64,000 nt of DNA from Chiloscyllium plagiosum (GCF_004010195.1 NC_057719.1:88486333-88550332), one strand, 5' to 3'; shown: positions 49,750-62,209, counted from the first letter of the stretch. A program made the numbers and translations. The notes: generated by a model not told the origin, from the sequence alone.

Positions 49750-51050
49750 TTTAAGGTGAGAGGGTAAAGATTTAAAAGAGATCAGAGGGGAAACATTCTT
49801 TTCCACACAAAGGGTGGTTCATGTGTGGAATGAACTGCCAGAGCAAATGGTAGATGCAGGTACAGTTACAATATATAAGAGACATTTGGATAGGTACATG
49901 ATTAGATTAGATTCCCTACAGTGTGGAAACAGTCCCTTCGGCCCAACAAGTCCACACCGACTCTCTGAAAAGTAACCCACCCCCCTCTGACTAATGCACC
50001 TAACACCATAGACAATTTAGCATGGCCAATTCACCTGACCTGCACATCTTTGGAATGTGGGAGGAAACCAGAGTATCCAGAGGAAACCCGCACAGACACA
50101 GGGAGAATGTGCAAACTCCACACAGACAGTTGCCAGAGGCTGAAATCGAACCTGGCACTCTGAGGCAGCAGTGCTAACCACTGAGCCACCGTGCCACCCC
50201 ATGCATAGGAAAAGTTCAGAGACAAGTGGGACTAACTTAGTTTGGGAAATTTGGTCAGCATGGATGAGTTGGGCCAAAGGATTTGTTTTCATGCTGTAAG
50301 ATTCTAGGACTCTAAATTACTGAAGGAGAGAATTAAGCTCCATTTGAAGAGAGAAGGTTCAAAAACAGAGATAGTCAGTGTGGCTATGTCAGAGAGAGGT
50401 CAGGCCTAACAAATCTGATTGAATTCTTCAATGAGGTAACCAAGTGTATAGATGAGGTTAGTGCGGTTGATGTTGATATGAATTTCAACAAGACCTTTGA
50501 CAAGTTCCACGTGGGAGACTGATAAAGACAGTAAGGTTATGGATCCAGAGTAAATTGGTAAGTTGGAGCCAAAATTGGCTTCTGAGACAGAGGGTGGTAG
50601 TCAGAGGGTGTTTGTGTGACTGGAGTCCAATGGCGTATCACAAGGATCGCTGCTGGGTGCCTTATTGTTCATGGTATGTACATAAATGATTTGGATGAGA
50701 ATGGTAGGGGGATGATAGGTTTACAGACGACACAAAGGTTGGCTGGGTGGTTGACATTGATAGATTAGATGGAACTTAACCCTGATAAATGTGAGGTGGA
50801 AGAAACAAGACAATTATTCAATGATTGGCAGGACACTAGGAAGATCAAAGGAACAGAGGGATCTTGGGATGCTTGTCCACAGATCCCTGAAGGTGGCAGG
50901 AGAGATTAATAGGGTGGTTCAGAAGATAGCCAGGACACTTGCCTTTAACAGCACAGATTATAAGAGCGGGGAGCTGTACAGAATGTTGGTTAGACCATAG
51001 CCGGAGTACTATGTGCAGTTTTGGTTACCACACTATAGGAAGGACGTGAT
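49750..51050 (+). mobile_element. CR1 fragments (3' end ~49750-50315, RT ~50320-51050) with a minus-strand HE1-like SINE at 49901-50200
   Basis: CR1 3' UTR split by a SINE; ctgattgaattcttc (LIEFF) and EQRDLGMLVHRSLK. Confidence 0.8.
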
Positions 51051-51194
51051 TACACCCAGAGGAAATCCAAGCAGACATAGGGAGAATATGCAAATTCTAC
51101 ATGGACAGTCGCCCAAGAGTGGAATTGAACCTTGGTCCCTAGTGCTGTGAGGTAACCACTGAGCCACCCGCCCAGGTGAACTCTGAGCAATCAA

Positions 51195-51315
51195 GCTATA
51201 TAATTGTATAAGGAGTTAATTATGGGCAATGTAGCTATATACACAGTATAGGAGGATGACCGTGGGTAATATAGTTATATATACTGTATAAAGGATTAAC
51301 TATGGGCAATATAGC
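51195..51315. repeat. Degenerate ~40-bp tandem repeat, three units
   Basis: g(c/t)tatata...gtata...tggg(c/t)aat.ta repeated three times. Confidence 0.65.
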
Positions 51316-51369
51316 AAAAACACTATATAAGTAATATACATAGTATACATTGTTCCAAGGACCATTGAA

Positions 51370-51448
51370 GCCAAAATGTTCACTCTGATTTCTCCCCACA
51401 GATGCCGCCTGAACTGCTGAGCTTTTCCAGCAATTTCTGTTTTTATTA
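51370..51448 (+). mobile_element. Half fold-back element, family B
   Basis: ctctgatttctccccacagatgc...gagcttttccagcaatttctgttttt. Confidence 0.7.
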
Positions 51449-52032
51449 CATTATAAAAGAGGACCCCCAAACCTGGCGACAGCCATGACAAGCCAAGATC
51501 GCCCCTCGCTGGTGGGCCGAGACCACCACGTCAGGCTGAAAGTCTCCTCATTGCTAGGCCTGACTCAGGAGAAGATGCCTTCCACTGAAGCTGTTAAGAT
51601 GAAAAATGGAACATTTAAAAGAAACAGAGAAAGAAAAGTAAAAAGCGGACAGAGTAGACGAGCCCCAGGATCCTGGCCTAATGAGCCCACAGACTGCACT
51701 GCTACTCTGCAGACTGCATCTTGACTTAATGCAAGGGTCTTTGTTCATTCCGTAAAACATAAAGAGTTTCAATTTGTCCTTTTTACTTCCAAGACCGGGT
51801 CTCTAGCCCTGCTAGTTTAACACTTGTTACTTGAAGAACTAATCAGCCTTTATCAGAGATGCTATTAATCACCCCTGGAGCTGGGTGGGACTTGAACCTG
51901 CCTTGACTCAGAGGTAGGGACACTACCATTGCACCACAGCATCCTAAACTTTCTGTGTGTTCTGCTAATACTGTATCTATTCAGTTTCACAGCCTGCAAT
52001 GTCACTGATCAAGACTTAGAAATAGGATCTTT

Positions 52033-52459
52033 TGAATTACATAAATACAGATATTTCGGCTATCCTAACAAGGGCTTTTATTTAATTGAGACCACGAACC
52101 TGGCTGGTCCGCGGCCCCTCGGGGGAGGAATCCCGCACGAATACGGGTTTTATCATATCTGATGTTAACACATCCCGAGCATGTAAGAGACTTAAATATA
52201 CACCCTGATTAGTTGTAGGTTAGATTAGTAGATAGTTGAGTTTTGTCTGTTTGTTTTTTTTTGTTGTTTTTTTTTGGGGTTTTTTTTTGTTGTTTTGTTT
52301 TGTTTTGTTTTTTTTGTTGTCAAATTTTGGCTATTGTATATTTGAGCTAATTGTATATCAATGTTTATATCTGAGAGTTTTGTTTATTTTTGTAAACTTG
52401 TAAAAATGTTAAATTTCTAATAAAAATATCTATAAAAAAAAAAAAAAAAAAAAAAAAAA
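52033..52459 (+). mobile_element. Young 5'-truncated L1/Tx1-type insertion with poly(A) and a 13-bp TSD
   Basis: ORF2-like end LNYINTDISAILTRAFI* (stop 52083-52085), GT-rich 3' UTR, AATAAA at 52419, A26 at 52434-52459, and TSD aaataggatcttt at 52020-52032 and 52457-52469. Confidence 0.85.
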
Positions 52460-52649
52460 TAGGATCTTTAATTTCCGCCAGAGTATCTAGTAATTGATTT
52501 TCTTTACTGTCCATCTCCTTAACTCTCACTTCCTTGCATTTGTTCTCTGACTGTAAAGGCCATTCCAGACTTGCAATGCTTCTTACACCAATCTCACACA
52601 GACGCTGTGTTTTTATTATATCGTAATGATTGCAATGACAAGTAGAATG

Positions 52650-53003
52650 TATCCTAGAATCCCTAATGTGCAGCCTAAGGCCATTCAGCACATCACATCA
52701 GCACTGGCCCTCCAAAAAGAACCACAGAAAGGCCCAACACCGCACCCCGCCATTCCCATAACCCTGCATTTCCCATGGCCAATCCACATAACCAGCACAT
52801 CCCTGGACACATGGGGCAATTTAGCATGGCCAATCCAACTAACCTGAACATCTTTGGATTGTGGGAGGAAACCGGAGCACCCAGAGGAAGCCCACGGAGA
52901 CACGGGGAGAATGTGCAAACTCCATACAGGCAGTCGCCTGAAGCTGGAATTGAACCCAGGTCCCTGGGCGCTGTGAGGGAGCACTGCTCCCCACTGAGCC
53001 ACC
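52650..53003 (-). mobile_element. HE1-like SINE variant
   Basis: V-domain and head present, with a different 3' region. Confidence 0.85.
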
Positions 53004-53249
53004 TACATCCACAGAAAACACTATACAAATGTATCATTTCCTGCTCTTTCAGCCAGTTGGAGGATTTGCCCATGACCTTTCTGGCAGGACGGCCAGTCAT
53101 CTTCAGGCCTATCACAATGAGGGCACATTGAGGGAGGCAGCTGGAATATTCCAGATAGGCTGTCTGTCATTCAACTCTGACCCCTGTGAATAGTGTCCCA
53201 ACTCCCCTCTGCGCAAAACATTCGCCAGCTTTCCTAGGTTGATCCTGGG

Positions 53250-53702
53250 TATGGAGGGACTTTCTCATCAGGAGGGGTAGGGTTGAGCAGGTTAGGCCGG
53301 TGATCACTGGAATTTATAAGAATGACCTTTTTGAAACATACAAGATTCTGAAGGGCTTTGACAGGGGAGGTGAGGAAGGTTGTTTCTCTTTGCCTAGGGC
53401 CAGAGGGCATTATCTCAGAATAAAAGGTTGAACATTTCACACAAAGGTGAGGAGGAATTTTTTTTTCTCTCAGATGGAAGTGAATCTGTGGAATTGTTTA
53501 CCTCAGAGGCCTGTCAAGGTTGGGGTGTTAAGTATATTCAAGGCGGAGAGAAACAGATTTTTAATCAGGACGGGGGAATTGAGGGAAAAGGCAGGAATAT
53601 GGAGTTAGGAATCATCAGATCAGCCATAATCTTATTGAATGGTGGAGTAGACTCGATGGGCTGAATGGCTTACTCCAGCTCCTATGTCTGATGGTTTTAT
53701 GA
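53250..53702 (+). mobile_element. CR1 3' fragment
   Basis: gaaacatacaagattctgaagggc (ETYKILKG) and tail gatgggctgaatggc...ttttatg. Confidence 0.8.
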
Positions 53703-53788
53703 TTCCATGTGCAAATTGATGAGGGGAAAGAGTTGTTCCAAGATTGGGAGGGAAATAATAACCAAGATGATGAAAACCAGTCCCGGTG

Positions 53789-53994
53789 GAGAAAGTGAGG
53801 GCTGCAGATGCTGGAGATCAGAGCTGGAAATGTGTTGCTGGAAAAGTGCAGCAGGTCAGGCAGCATCCAAGGAGCAGGAGAATTGACGTTTCGGGCATGA
53901 GCCCTTCCTGAAGGATTCCTGAAGAAGGGCTCATCCCCGAAACATCGATTCTCCTGCTCCTTGGATGCTGCCTGACCTGCTGCACTTTTCCAGC
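53789..53994. mobile_element. Fold-back element, family A, with a 15-bp TSD
   Basis: Axis at ~53910. TSD aaaccagtccc(g/a)gtg lies at 53774-53788 and 53995-54009. The plus strand has CTGAAGA (53919)...GAAA (53939). Confidence 0.9.
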
Positions 53995-54894
53995 AAACCA
54001 GTCCCAGTGTAAACATCTCAAACACAAGGAGCCATGTGGATCTGTCAAACTTCCTGCGTCTTAATAAACTACTTTCACTCTCTTTAAGGACCAAAGCCTG
54101 ATGGTAGGTGGGTGAAGGTGAATAGCACAGGGAGCAGGCTTGTTTATGACTGAGAGGAATCTCTCCCTGGGCTGGGAGGTGGAGGCAGGGCTCGTTTGAA
54201 TAACAAGGTAACTGCTGCCAGTGACTCTCGGGAGCCAATTAAGTCATATCAATCATGACTTTCTGTAATTCTCAGTGTTTATTCTTTCCCAATTCTCGGC
54301 AGGGGGAGCTTCATCCTTGCGTTTCTTGCATCTTGTGATGCAATGCTTCACTGTGAATTTAATTGCCTTTAGTGAAGTTACATGTTATAAATTTCAAAAA
54401 TATATTTTACTCAAAATATGTCTTTACGTACATAATCATTCAGCAGTTCGATTCTGTACTGTAGCATGTGGAGAAACAAACAAACATTAGACTTTGACTG
54501 TATCCAACAAAACATCAGAGGCAGCTCTAACTTTTACAAAACCCATTTAACTTCAGTAGAAGGATCTCAGACAGTGGTCTTTCCCCACTGTGTCTTGGCA
54601 ACAGCTGCCCTAAGCTATAATTCATTCCTCAGCACATAGTCCTGGACCCTGAAATGTACTAGTGGGTTACGGTCGCTCAGAAAGACCAAAGAGCGTTTTT
54701 CACTGACTTGATGGTCCTCCAGGCACAGGGAACAGGGTGCAGAATCTTGCGGCATGGAGATGCTCGGGTTGAATCTTGACAAAATCACTGCATCTCTCTC
54801 CAGACTTTCTCTGCAAAGGCACATTCCTGTAACCCTCTCTGCCTTTCTCTCCTGTGTGGAGAATAGACTTCCTTATTCCTCAATAATAACACTG

Positions 54895-55225
54895 CCACAC
54901 ACACTCAGACACACATCACACATTCATTCACACTCACTCCTCCTCACCTATACTCACTATCCTCCAGTTAGTTCACTGCAATACAGACATCTTCCTGTTC
55001 TCCCCTTCTACCCTCAGACACACATCACACATTCACTCACTCACACTCACAGTCAGACACACATCACACATTCACACACACACACTCAGATACACACACA
55101 CTCAGATACATACACACTCAGACATACACACAAATGTATACACACAAACACAGGCATGCACACACACAAACACATACATAAACTCATGCACAAAGACAAA
55201 TACACACACGCACACACACACTACC
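54895..55225. repeat. CA-rich low-complexity tract containing a 78-bp copied insert
   Basis: Imperfect (CA)n; 54937-55014 equals 55490-55567. Confidence 0.85.
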
Positions 55226-56796
55226 AATACTCACAATAAGAGCATCTTCAGGACAGAAGTACACAGGCTGTCTAACAAAGAATCGGTCGTGAGGGATTAC
55301 ATTCACAGAGACGGAAAATAATCTGGTTTATAAACAGACTCACATGACAAAATCACCAACATGGGGTTTTAGAATCCTGCTCTCAACTACAAACAATTCT
55401 GACTCTTCATCCATCGACTGAGGAATCTGACACCATTTGATACTCTCTCTGTCCTGTTGCTTTTCCCTATCGAGGTGGTGCTGGTGGTCCTCCTCCTCAC
55501 CTATACTCACTATCCTCCAGTTAGTTCACTGCAATACAGACATCTTCCTGTTCTCCCCCTCTACCCTAAAACAATGCATCCCATTCCCCCTCAGTCTCCC
55601 CAAATCTTTCAGACACTCAACATAAATCTTGCACCTGCCAATTTCCCCAAGGTTTTGAATGTTTTCTCTAAAGGAATCATACAGGATAGAAGAAGGCCAT
55701 TCAGCCCTTCGTGTCACAACTGTGACAGAGCTTTATCTATCAGTTCTTTCCCAGGCTCTGGTAATAATTCTCTTCCTTCCAGGGTCCTCCTTTGAAGGTC
55801 ACAAGGTGAACTATAGGGAGAGGATGAATAGGCTGGGGTATCGGAACCTCCTGCTTCCTGGAGCATCAGAGGCTGAGGAGTGACCTTATAGAGGTTAATA
55901 AGATCATGAGGGGCTTGGAGAGGCTAAATAGCTATGGTCTCTTCCCTGGGGTGGGGGCATCCAAAACCAGAGGGTTTAAGGTGAGAGGGGAATAGCTCCC
56001 TCATCACAGCTGGAGTAGGTGACTCCCACCCTCTATGTATCTTATAGTTACACTCCAGCCGGCAAGTACAGAGTGTGGATTCTAGTGGTCTATTGAACTG
56101 AAGAAGGCATCCAGGCTGTGGCTGAATCTCTTTCCTGATATTTGAACAAATGCGCGCTCCAATGTACTTGACAAATTGGTAGATTAAAAGGGTCACCTTC
56201 TTAAAGCTCAGATGAAAGGTGGCACTGCCACTGCTCATTTAGCCAATTGTATCAGGGCCAATCTTGTCCCAGTGACACACTGGTACACCAGCCCCTCCAT
56301 TGTGTTGAATGCTATCAAATGTAGAATTAAAGAGGTACTTTACTCAGGATGTGGAACATAAAGTCACTGTATCATATGTGCAGCCATGCTTGTGTATGCT
56401 GTTATATCACAAACTGCACCGTGTTGTTAAAGTGGTTGTATTAGGTTTCCCTCCTGGGTGAGTTTCCACAGAAACTTCGCTGCATGATGCTGTGTTCCCT
56501 GGGGAACAGCCACCTTACCTGGTGCTTTAACATCAGCCTGCCACTTATACCCTTCCCAAACCCCTCAGTAAACTGTCACCCTGTAACAACCTGGAGAAAC
56601 ACCAGGATTTAAAGTAAAACAAAACTTATTTGAGTGGACTTCCCGGTGATAAACAGTAGGGGCGCAGCAAATTGACCCATCTCCACTGGGACTCCTGAAG
56701 GGAATGTTGACTCATTGCTAAGGACTCCGGAGACGTAAAGTTTTATATTTATAGACACACACACAGTCTTACACACACACACACCCTCCCATCCCC

Positions 56797-56955
56797 TGAG
56801 GAGAGTGTGGTGCTGGAAAAGCACAGCAGGTCCGGCAGCATCTGAGAAACAAGAGAGTCGACGTTTGGGCATATGCCCTTCATCATTCCTGACAGTCCTG
56901 CTCCTCGGATGCTGCCTGACCACCTGTGCTTTTCCAGCACCACACTCTTCAACTC
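56797..56955. mobile_element. Fold-back element, family A variant
   Basis: gagagtgtggtgctggaaaagcacag / ctgtgcttttccagcaccacactct. Confidence 0.85.
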
Positions 56956-57690
56956 ATTCAGTATTCGGTAAATTTCAATCAGATCCCCCCTTATCCTTCT
57001 AAACTCCATCGAGTAGAATCCCAGAGTCTTCACACATTCCTCATACGTTAAGCCTGGGATTATTCTCATGAACCTCCTCTGGACCTGCTCCAGGGCCAAT
57101 ACACCTTTCCCTAGGTATGACACCCAAAATAGCTCCCAATATTTTAAATGTGGTCTGACCAGAGCCTTATAAAGCCTTAGAAGTACATCCATGTTTTTAT
57201 ATTGTAGTCCTCTTGCGATGAATAACAACATTGTATTTGCCTTCCTAACTACCGACTCAACTTGTAAGCTTATCTTAAGAGAAACCTGGACTAGAACTTT
57301 AAACTCCCTTTGTCCTTCCAATTTCTGTATTTTCTCTCCATTTAGAAAATAGTCCATTCCTCTATTCTTCCTACTAAAGTGCATGACCTCACACTTTCCC
57401 ATGTTATATTTGATCTGTCACTTCTTTGCCCACTCCCCAACTGTCTGCATCCTTCTGCAGCCCCCCTCCCACCTCCTCAATACTACCTGCCCTCCACCTA
57501 TCTTTGTATCATCTACAAATTTAGCAAGAATACCCTCAGTTCCTTCATCCAGATTATTAATGTATAAAGTGAAAGTTTGTGGTCCCTACACTGAGTCTTG
57601 TGGAACACCACTAGTCACTGGCTTCCAACCTGAGAAGCAGCCTTTTATCCCCACTCTCTGCTTTCTGCCAAACAGCCAATCATCTATCTC
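56956..57690 (-). mobile_element. CR1 RT C-terminal fragment
   Basis: KCEVMHF, LYKALVRPHLKY, LEQVQRRF, RRIRGDLIEIYRIL. Confidence 0.9.
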
Positions 57691-57942
57691 TTTCAAATTC
57701 CCAGGTTTTGGGCAGAGGCTTGTATTATTAGAAATAGTTAATCGCTATGAAAGGATTAAATGGAAAAGCTGATCATGGGGGTAAAGAAATAGATGAAAAA
57801 AAATCATTGAGCTCCCTGAATATTCTACCAGCCCTACAGAACGGTGTTATGGAACTGTTGGATAATCCCCATCAATAAATCAACATTCGCTGCTTTTATC
57901 CATGTGATTCTGGTTCATGAATTTACTCACTGACATTGACCC

Positions 57943-58315
57943 ATAGAGTCATAGAGATATACAGCATGGAAACAGACCCAACTCGTCCAACTCGTCCATG
58001 CTGACCAGATATCCTAAATATGTCTAGTCTCATTTGTCAGCATTTGGCTCATATCCCTCTAAACCCTTCCCATCCATGTACTCATTCATATGTCTTTTAA
58101 ATGTTGTAATTGTGCCAGCCTCCACCACTTCCTCTGGCAGCTCATTTCACATACGCACCACCTTCTGCATGAAAATGATGGCCTTTAGGTCCATTTTATA
58201 TCTTTTTCCTCTCACCTTAAACCTATGCCCTCTATTTGTGGACTCCCCTCTAGTTTAAGATCTTGACTATTCACCGTATCCATGCCCCTCATGATTTTAT
58301 CAACTTCTGTAAGTC
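57943..58315 (-). mobile_element. CR1 3' end
   Basis: (catagagt)n tail and typical 3' UTR. Confidence 0.85.
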
Positions 58316-58507
58316 TTATTTTTGTAGATTTGTTTTCAATCTACTCCCCAGGCCCATCTTCAGTCCCGTACTGTGTCCTCTGGTACTTGCCTCTGAACAA
58401 AGTGTAACAGTTTTGTGATGGTTGATATTATTCTCATTGAAAGTTGCTACATGCCAGTGGACTTTCCACAGCACTGCTGCTAATGAACCAGAGGATTCAG
58501 GTGATGC

Positions 58508-58600
58508 TCCTGATGACGGAGCGGCGCTCCAAAAGCTAGTGCTTCCAAATAAACCTGTTGGACTATAACCTGGTGTTGTGTGATTTTTTTACTTTGTCCA
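58508..58600 (+). mobile_element. Half fold-back element, family C
   Basis: cCTGATGAcGGAGCggcGCTCCaAAAGCTAgtgcttccaaataaacctgttggac matches 10193-10282. Confidence 0.8.
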
Positions 58601-58614
58601 AATGACGGCATTTA

Positions 58615-59004
58615 CAAGCAGGTTTCCTTGGCATGTATAGTGATTGGAACCAGCTAGATCTTGTTGACTACAAGATTCTTGGTTTGGGCTGTTAGCCTGG
58701 GCCAATCAGGAAAGCCCTGGCTGACCAAACTAGCCAGGAGAGACAATGAAAACTAACTAGAAGAAAGGGCACTGCTTGTCACTGGCCACTCGGGTGTTTC
58801 CTTTCTTCCTGGTGGTGGAAATTGAATAAAGATTTGTACACCTTGTGTCTTTCACTGTGTCTCACACCTGCACACACACAACATGGGTGCTGGGGATAAT
58901 ATAAGCACTACCACGGTTAGGCGGTAGTGTGTGGGTAAAGGAAATATTAAAAAACAAGCCAGGAGAGGCAAAGAAAACCCAGAAGGGCACTGCTTGTCAC
59001 TGGC
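58615..59004 (+). other. Unclassified terminal-repeat-like segment with a split direct repeat
   Basis: CCAAT, AATAAA, hairpin actacc...ggtagt, and the repeat agccaggagag...aagggcactgcttgtcactggc at ~58733-58786 and ~58957-59004. Confidence 0.35.
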
Positions 59005-60810
59005 TACCCAGTACTCTTTATTCCTGTTGCCCCTTCCAAAGTGATTCACATAACACTTTTCTGCATTAAACTCCATTTGCTACTTTTCAGCTCAGCTCTG
59101 CAGCTTATCTATGTCCCTCTGTAACCCATAATGTCCTTTGGCACTTTCCAAGACTCTACTGACCTTCGTGTCATCCACAAATTTACTAACCCATCCTTCT
59201 ACGCCCTCATCCAGGTCATTTATTAAAAATGACAAACAGCAGTGGACCCAAAACAGATCCTTGTGGTACATCACTAGTAATGAACTCCAGGACGAACATT
59301 TCCCATCAACCACCACCCTCTGTCTTCTTTCAGCTAGCCAATTTCTGATCCAAATCTCTAAATCACCCTCAATCCCAAGGTTCCATATTTTGTGTAATAG
59401 CCTAATGTGGGGAACCTTATCAAACGCCTTACTGATATCCATGTACACCACATCAACTGCTTTACCCTCATCCAGCTGTTTGGTCACCTTCTCAAAGAAT
59501 TCAATAAGGTTTGTGAGGCACAACCTACCCTTCACAAAACCATATTGACTATCCCTAATCAACTTATTCCTCTCTAGATGATTATAAATCCTATCTCTTA
59601 TAAACTTTTCCAACACTTTACCCACAGCTGAAGTAAGGCTCACTGGTCTGTAATTACCATGGTTGTCTCTACTCCCCTTCTTGAACAAGGGGACAACATT
59701 TGCTATCCTCCAGTCTTCTGGCACTATTCCTGTAGACAATGACGAAAAAAGATCAAAGGCTCTGCAATCTCCTCCCTGGCTTCCCAGAGTAACCATCTGG
59801 CCCGGGTGACTACCTATTTTCACACGTCCCAGTATTGCTAACACCTCCTCCTTCTGAAGCTCAACCCTGTCTAGTCTGTATCCAGCTTGTATCTCAGTAT
59901 TTTCCTCAACAACATTGTCTTTTTCCAGTGTGAATACTGACATAAAATATTCATTTAGCACTTCCCCTATCTCCTCGGACTCTACACACAACTTCCCCTT
60001 GATTGGCCCTAATCTTACTCTAGTCATTCTTTTATTCCTGATATTCCAGATAGAGGAAGCTTTAGGGTTTTCACTGATCCTATCTGCCAATGACTTCTCA
60101 TGTCCCCTCCTCGTTCTTCTTAGCTCTCTCTTTAGGTGTTTCCTGACTAACTAGTAACTGTCAAGTGCCCTAATTGAGCCTTCATGTCTCATGAGCCTTC
60201 TTCTTCCTCTTGACAATAGATTCAACTTTTTTAGTTGAAAAATGTGTTGCTGGAAAAGCGCAGCAGGTCAGGCAGCATTCAAGGAGCAGGAGAATCGACG
60301 TTTTGGGCACAAGCCCTTCTTCAGGAGGGCTTATGCCTGAAACGTCGATTCTCCTGCTCCTTGGATGTTGCCTGACCTGCTGCGCTTTTCCAGCAACACA
60401 TTTTTCAGCTCTGATCTCCAGCATCTGCAGTCCTCACTTTCTCCTATTTGATTCAACCTTTTTAGTAAACCATGGCTCCCTTGCTGGACCACTTCCACTC
60501 TGCCTGACAGGTACATAATTGCGAAGGACCCGCAGTAGCTGTCCCTTGAATAACCTCCATATTTCAATTGTGCCTGATCCCCTGCAGTTTCCTTCCCCAT
60601 CCTATGCATTCTAAATCTTGCCGAATCGCATCATAATTGCCTTTCCCCCAGCAATAATTCTTGCCCTGTGGTATATACCTATCTTTTTCCATAGTGGGAA
60701 ACTCGGAACCCTGTTCCTGTTCCTGCTCTATCCATGTCTCCAAAATGGCCACAACATCAAAGTCCCAAGTACCAACCCATGCTGCAAGTTCACCCACCTT
60801 CTTCCGGATT
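59005..60810 (-). mobile_element. CR1 ORF2 fragment (EN remnant plus RT; longest open stretch 59092-60090), pseudogenised
   Basis: WDFDVVAILETW, PEDWRIANVVPLFKKG, NYRPVSLTS, TNLIEFFE, MDISKAFDKVPH, KFVDDTK. Motifs are lost locally through compensating frameshifts. Confidence 0.93.
60236..60449. mobile_element. Fold-back element, family A, inserted in a CR1 with a 17-bp TSD
   Basis: TSD gattcaac(t/c)tttttagt at 60219-60235 and 60450-60466; 37-nt unpaired tail at 60408-60444. Confidence 0.9.
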
Positions 60811-61479
60811 TTGAGAACTTCTGTGTAGTTATTTCAACAGAATGCAGCATCAGTCAAAATAGGGCATTAATCCCCCATTAGTTTCATCCTGGGGGCAACT
60901 ATTGACCAGAAACTCAACTGGACTCACCACCTCAACACAATAGTTACAACAGCAGGTTAGAAGCTGGGAATACTACAGTGAATAACTCATCTTCTGACTC
61001 CCCAAGGCCTGTCTGCCATTTACAAAGCACAAGTCTGGCGTGTGAAGGAATGCTATCCACTTGCCTGCACTCAAGGAGTTGACACCAACCAGGACAAAGC
61101 ATCCTGTTTGATTGGCACTACATCCATTCCTTCCACCATCAACACTCAGTAGCAGCATATGCATGTATTTCATTAAAATCTGCTGTTCTTCCAATTTAGA
61201 ATCTTTATTTCCAGAACATTTTGCCCTTATCCATAATTACCTTAAATCTTACTGAATTATGGTCAGTGTCACTCAAATGCTTCCCTAATGTCACATCTTG
61301 CATTTGCCTCACTTTGTTCTCTTAAATTAGGTCCAGCACAGCCCCCTCTCACCAGACCTTCTGCTGTCTGGCTTTAAACAATCCCCTGAATGCGTTTTAA
61401 GAATTCTATCCTCTCTCTCAGCCTTTCACACTTTTTGTATCCTAATTGTTATTGAAGAAATTGAAATCACAAACAATTA

Positions 61480-61816
61480 CTAGATTAGATTAGATTAGAT
61501 TAGATTAGATCCCTATAGTGTGGAAATAGACCCTTCGGCCCAACAAGTCCACACCGACCCTCCGAAGAGCAACCCACCCAGACCCATTCCCCCCTGACTA
61601 ATGCACCTAACACTATGAGCAATTTAGCATGGCCAATCCACCTGACCTGCACATCTTTGTGACTGTGGGAGGAAACCGGAGCACCCGGAGGAAACCCACG
61701 CAGATATGGGGAGAATGTGCAAACTCCACACAGACAGTTGCCCGAGGCGGGAATTGAACCTGGGTCCGTAGCGCTGTGAGGCAGCAGTGCTAACCACTGA
61801 ACCACCGTGCCGCCCC
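61480..61816 (-). mobile_element. HE1-like SINE with an expanded (TTAGA)n tail
   Basis: Full length. Confidence 0.93.
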
Positions 61817-62209
61817 CTACTATCCTACTATTGTTATACATCTCGGTCATTTGCCTCAGTCATATTAGCCCTTTTATCCCTCCCTTACTGTCTGGGGACC
61901 TGTTATATACTCGCAGCAAAGTGATTGCCCCCTTTTTGATTGTTTAAAGTTCTACCCATATGGTCCTCATATAACTTTCCAAGTAATTGCAGTAATTGAT
62001 CAATATTGCCTCCTTTATTATATTGCTCCGGCTAATCTCACCTGAAAATTCTGTTCTCCCTGTGCATGGTCTGTTTGGTTTGTGCATGGCTCTTTGTAGC
62101 TGCATCAGCCTTTACACTGCCTCTGCCAATGGCCTTTTCCATTACATGTCGTCCAAAATTGATTGAAAATGGGTGATGCTCTTGGTGCCTGCAGAAGGCC
62201 ACACCTTAA

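Noticed and set aside
52095..52150. HDV-like ribozyme in the L1 3' UTR
   Set aside because: Only two simple hairpins are visible and I could not build the nested double pseudoknot.
54754..55239. His/Thr-rich ORF
   Set aside because: It is a translation of a CA-rich microsatellite.
59092..60090. Functional reverse transcriptase gene (332 aa)
   Set aside because: It is a CR1 ORF2 fragment with motifs lost to compensating frameshifts (no PQGSVLGP), a disrupted EN region and a missing C-terminus.
61480..61510. Telomere-like repeat
   Set aside because: (TTAGA)n is the SINE tail, not TTAGGG.
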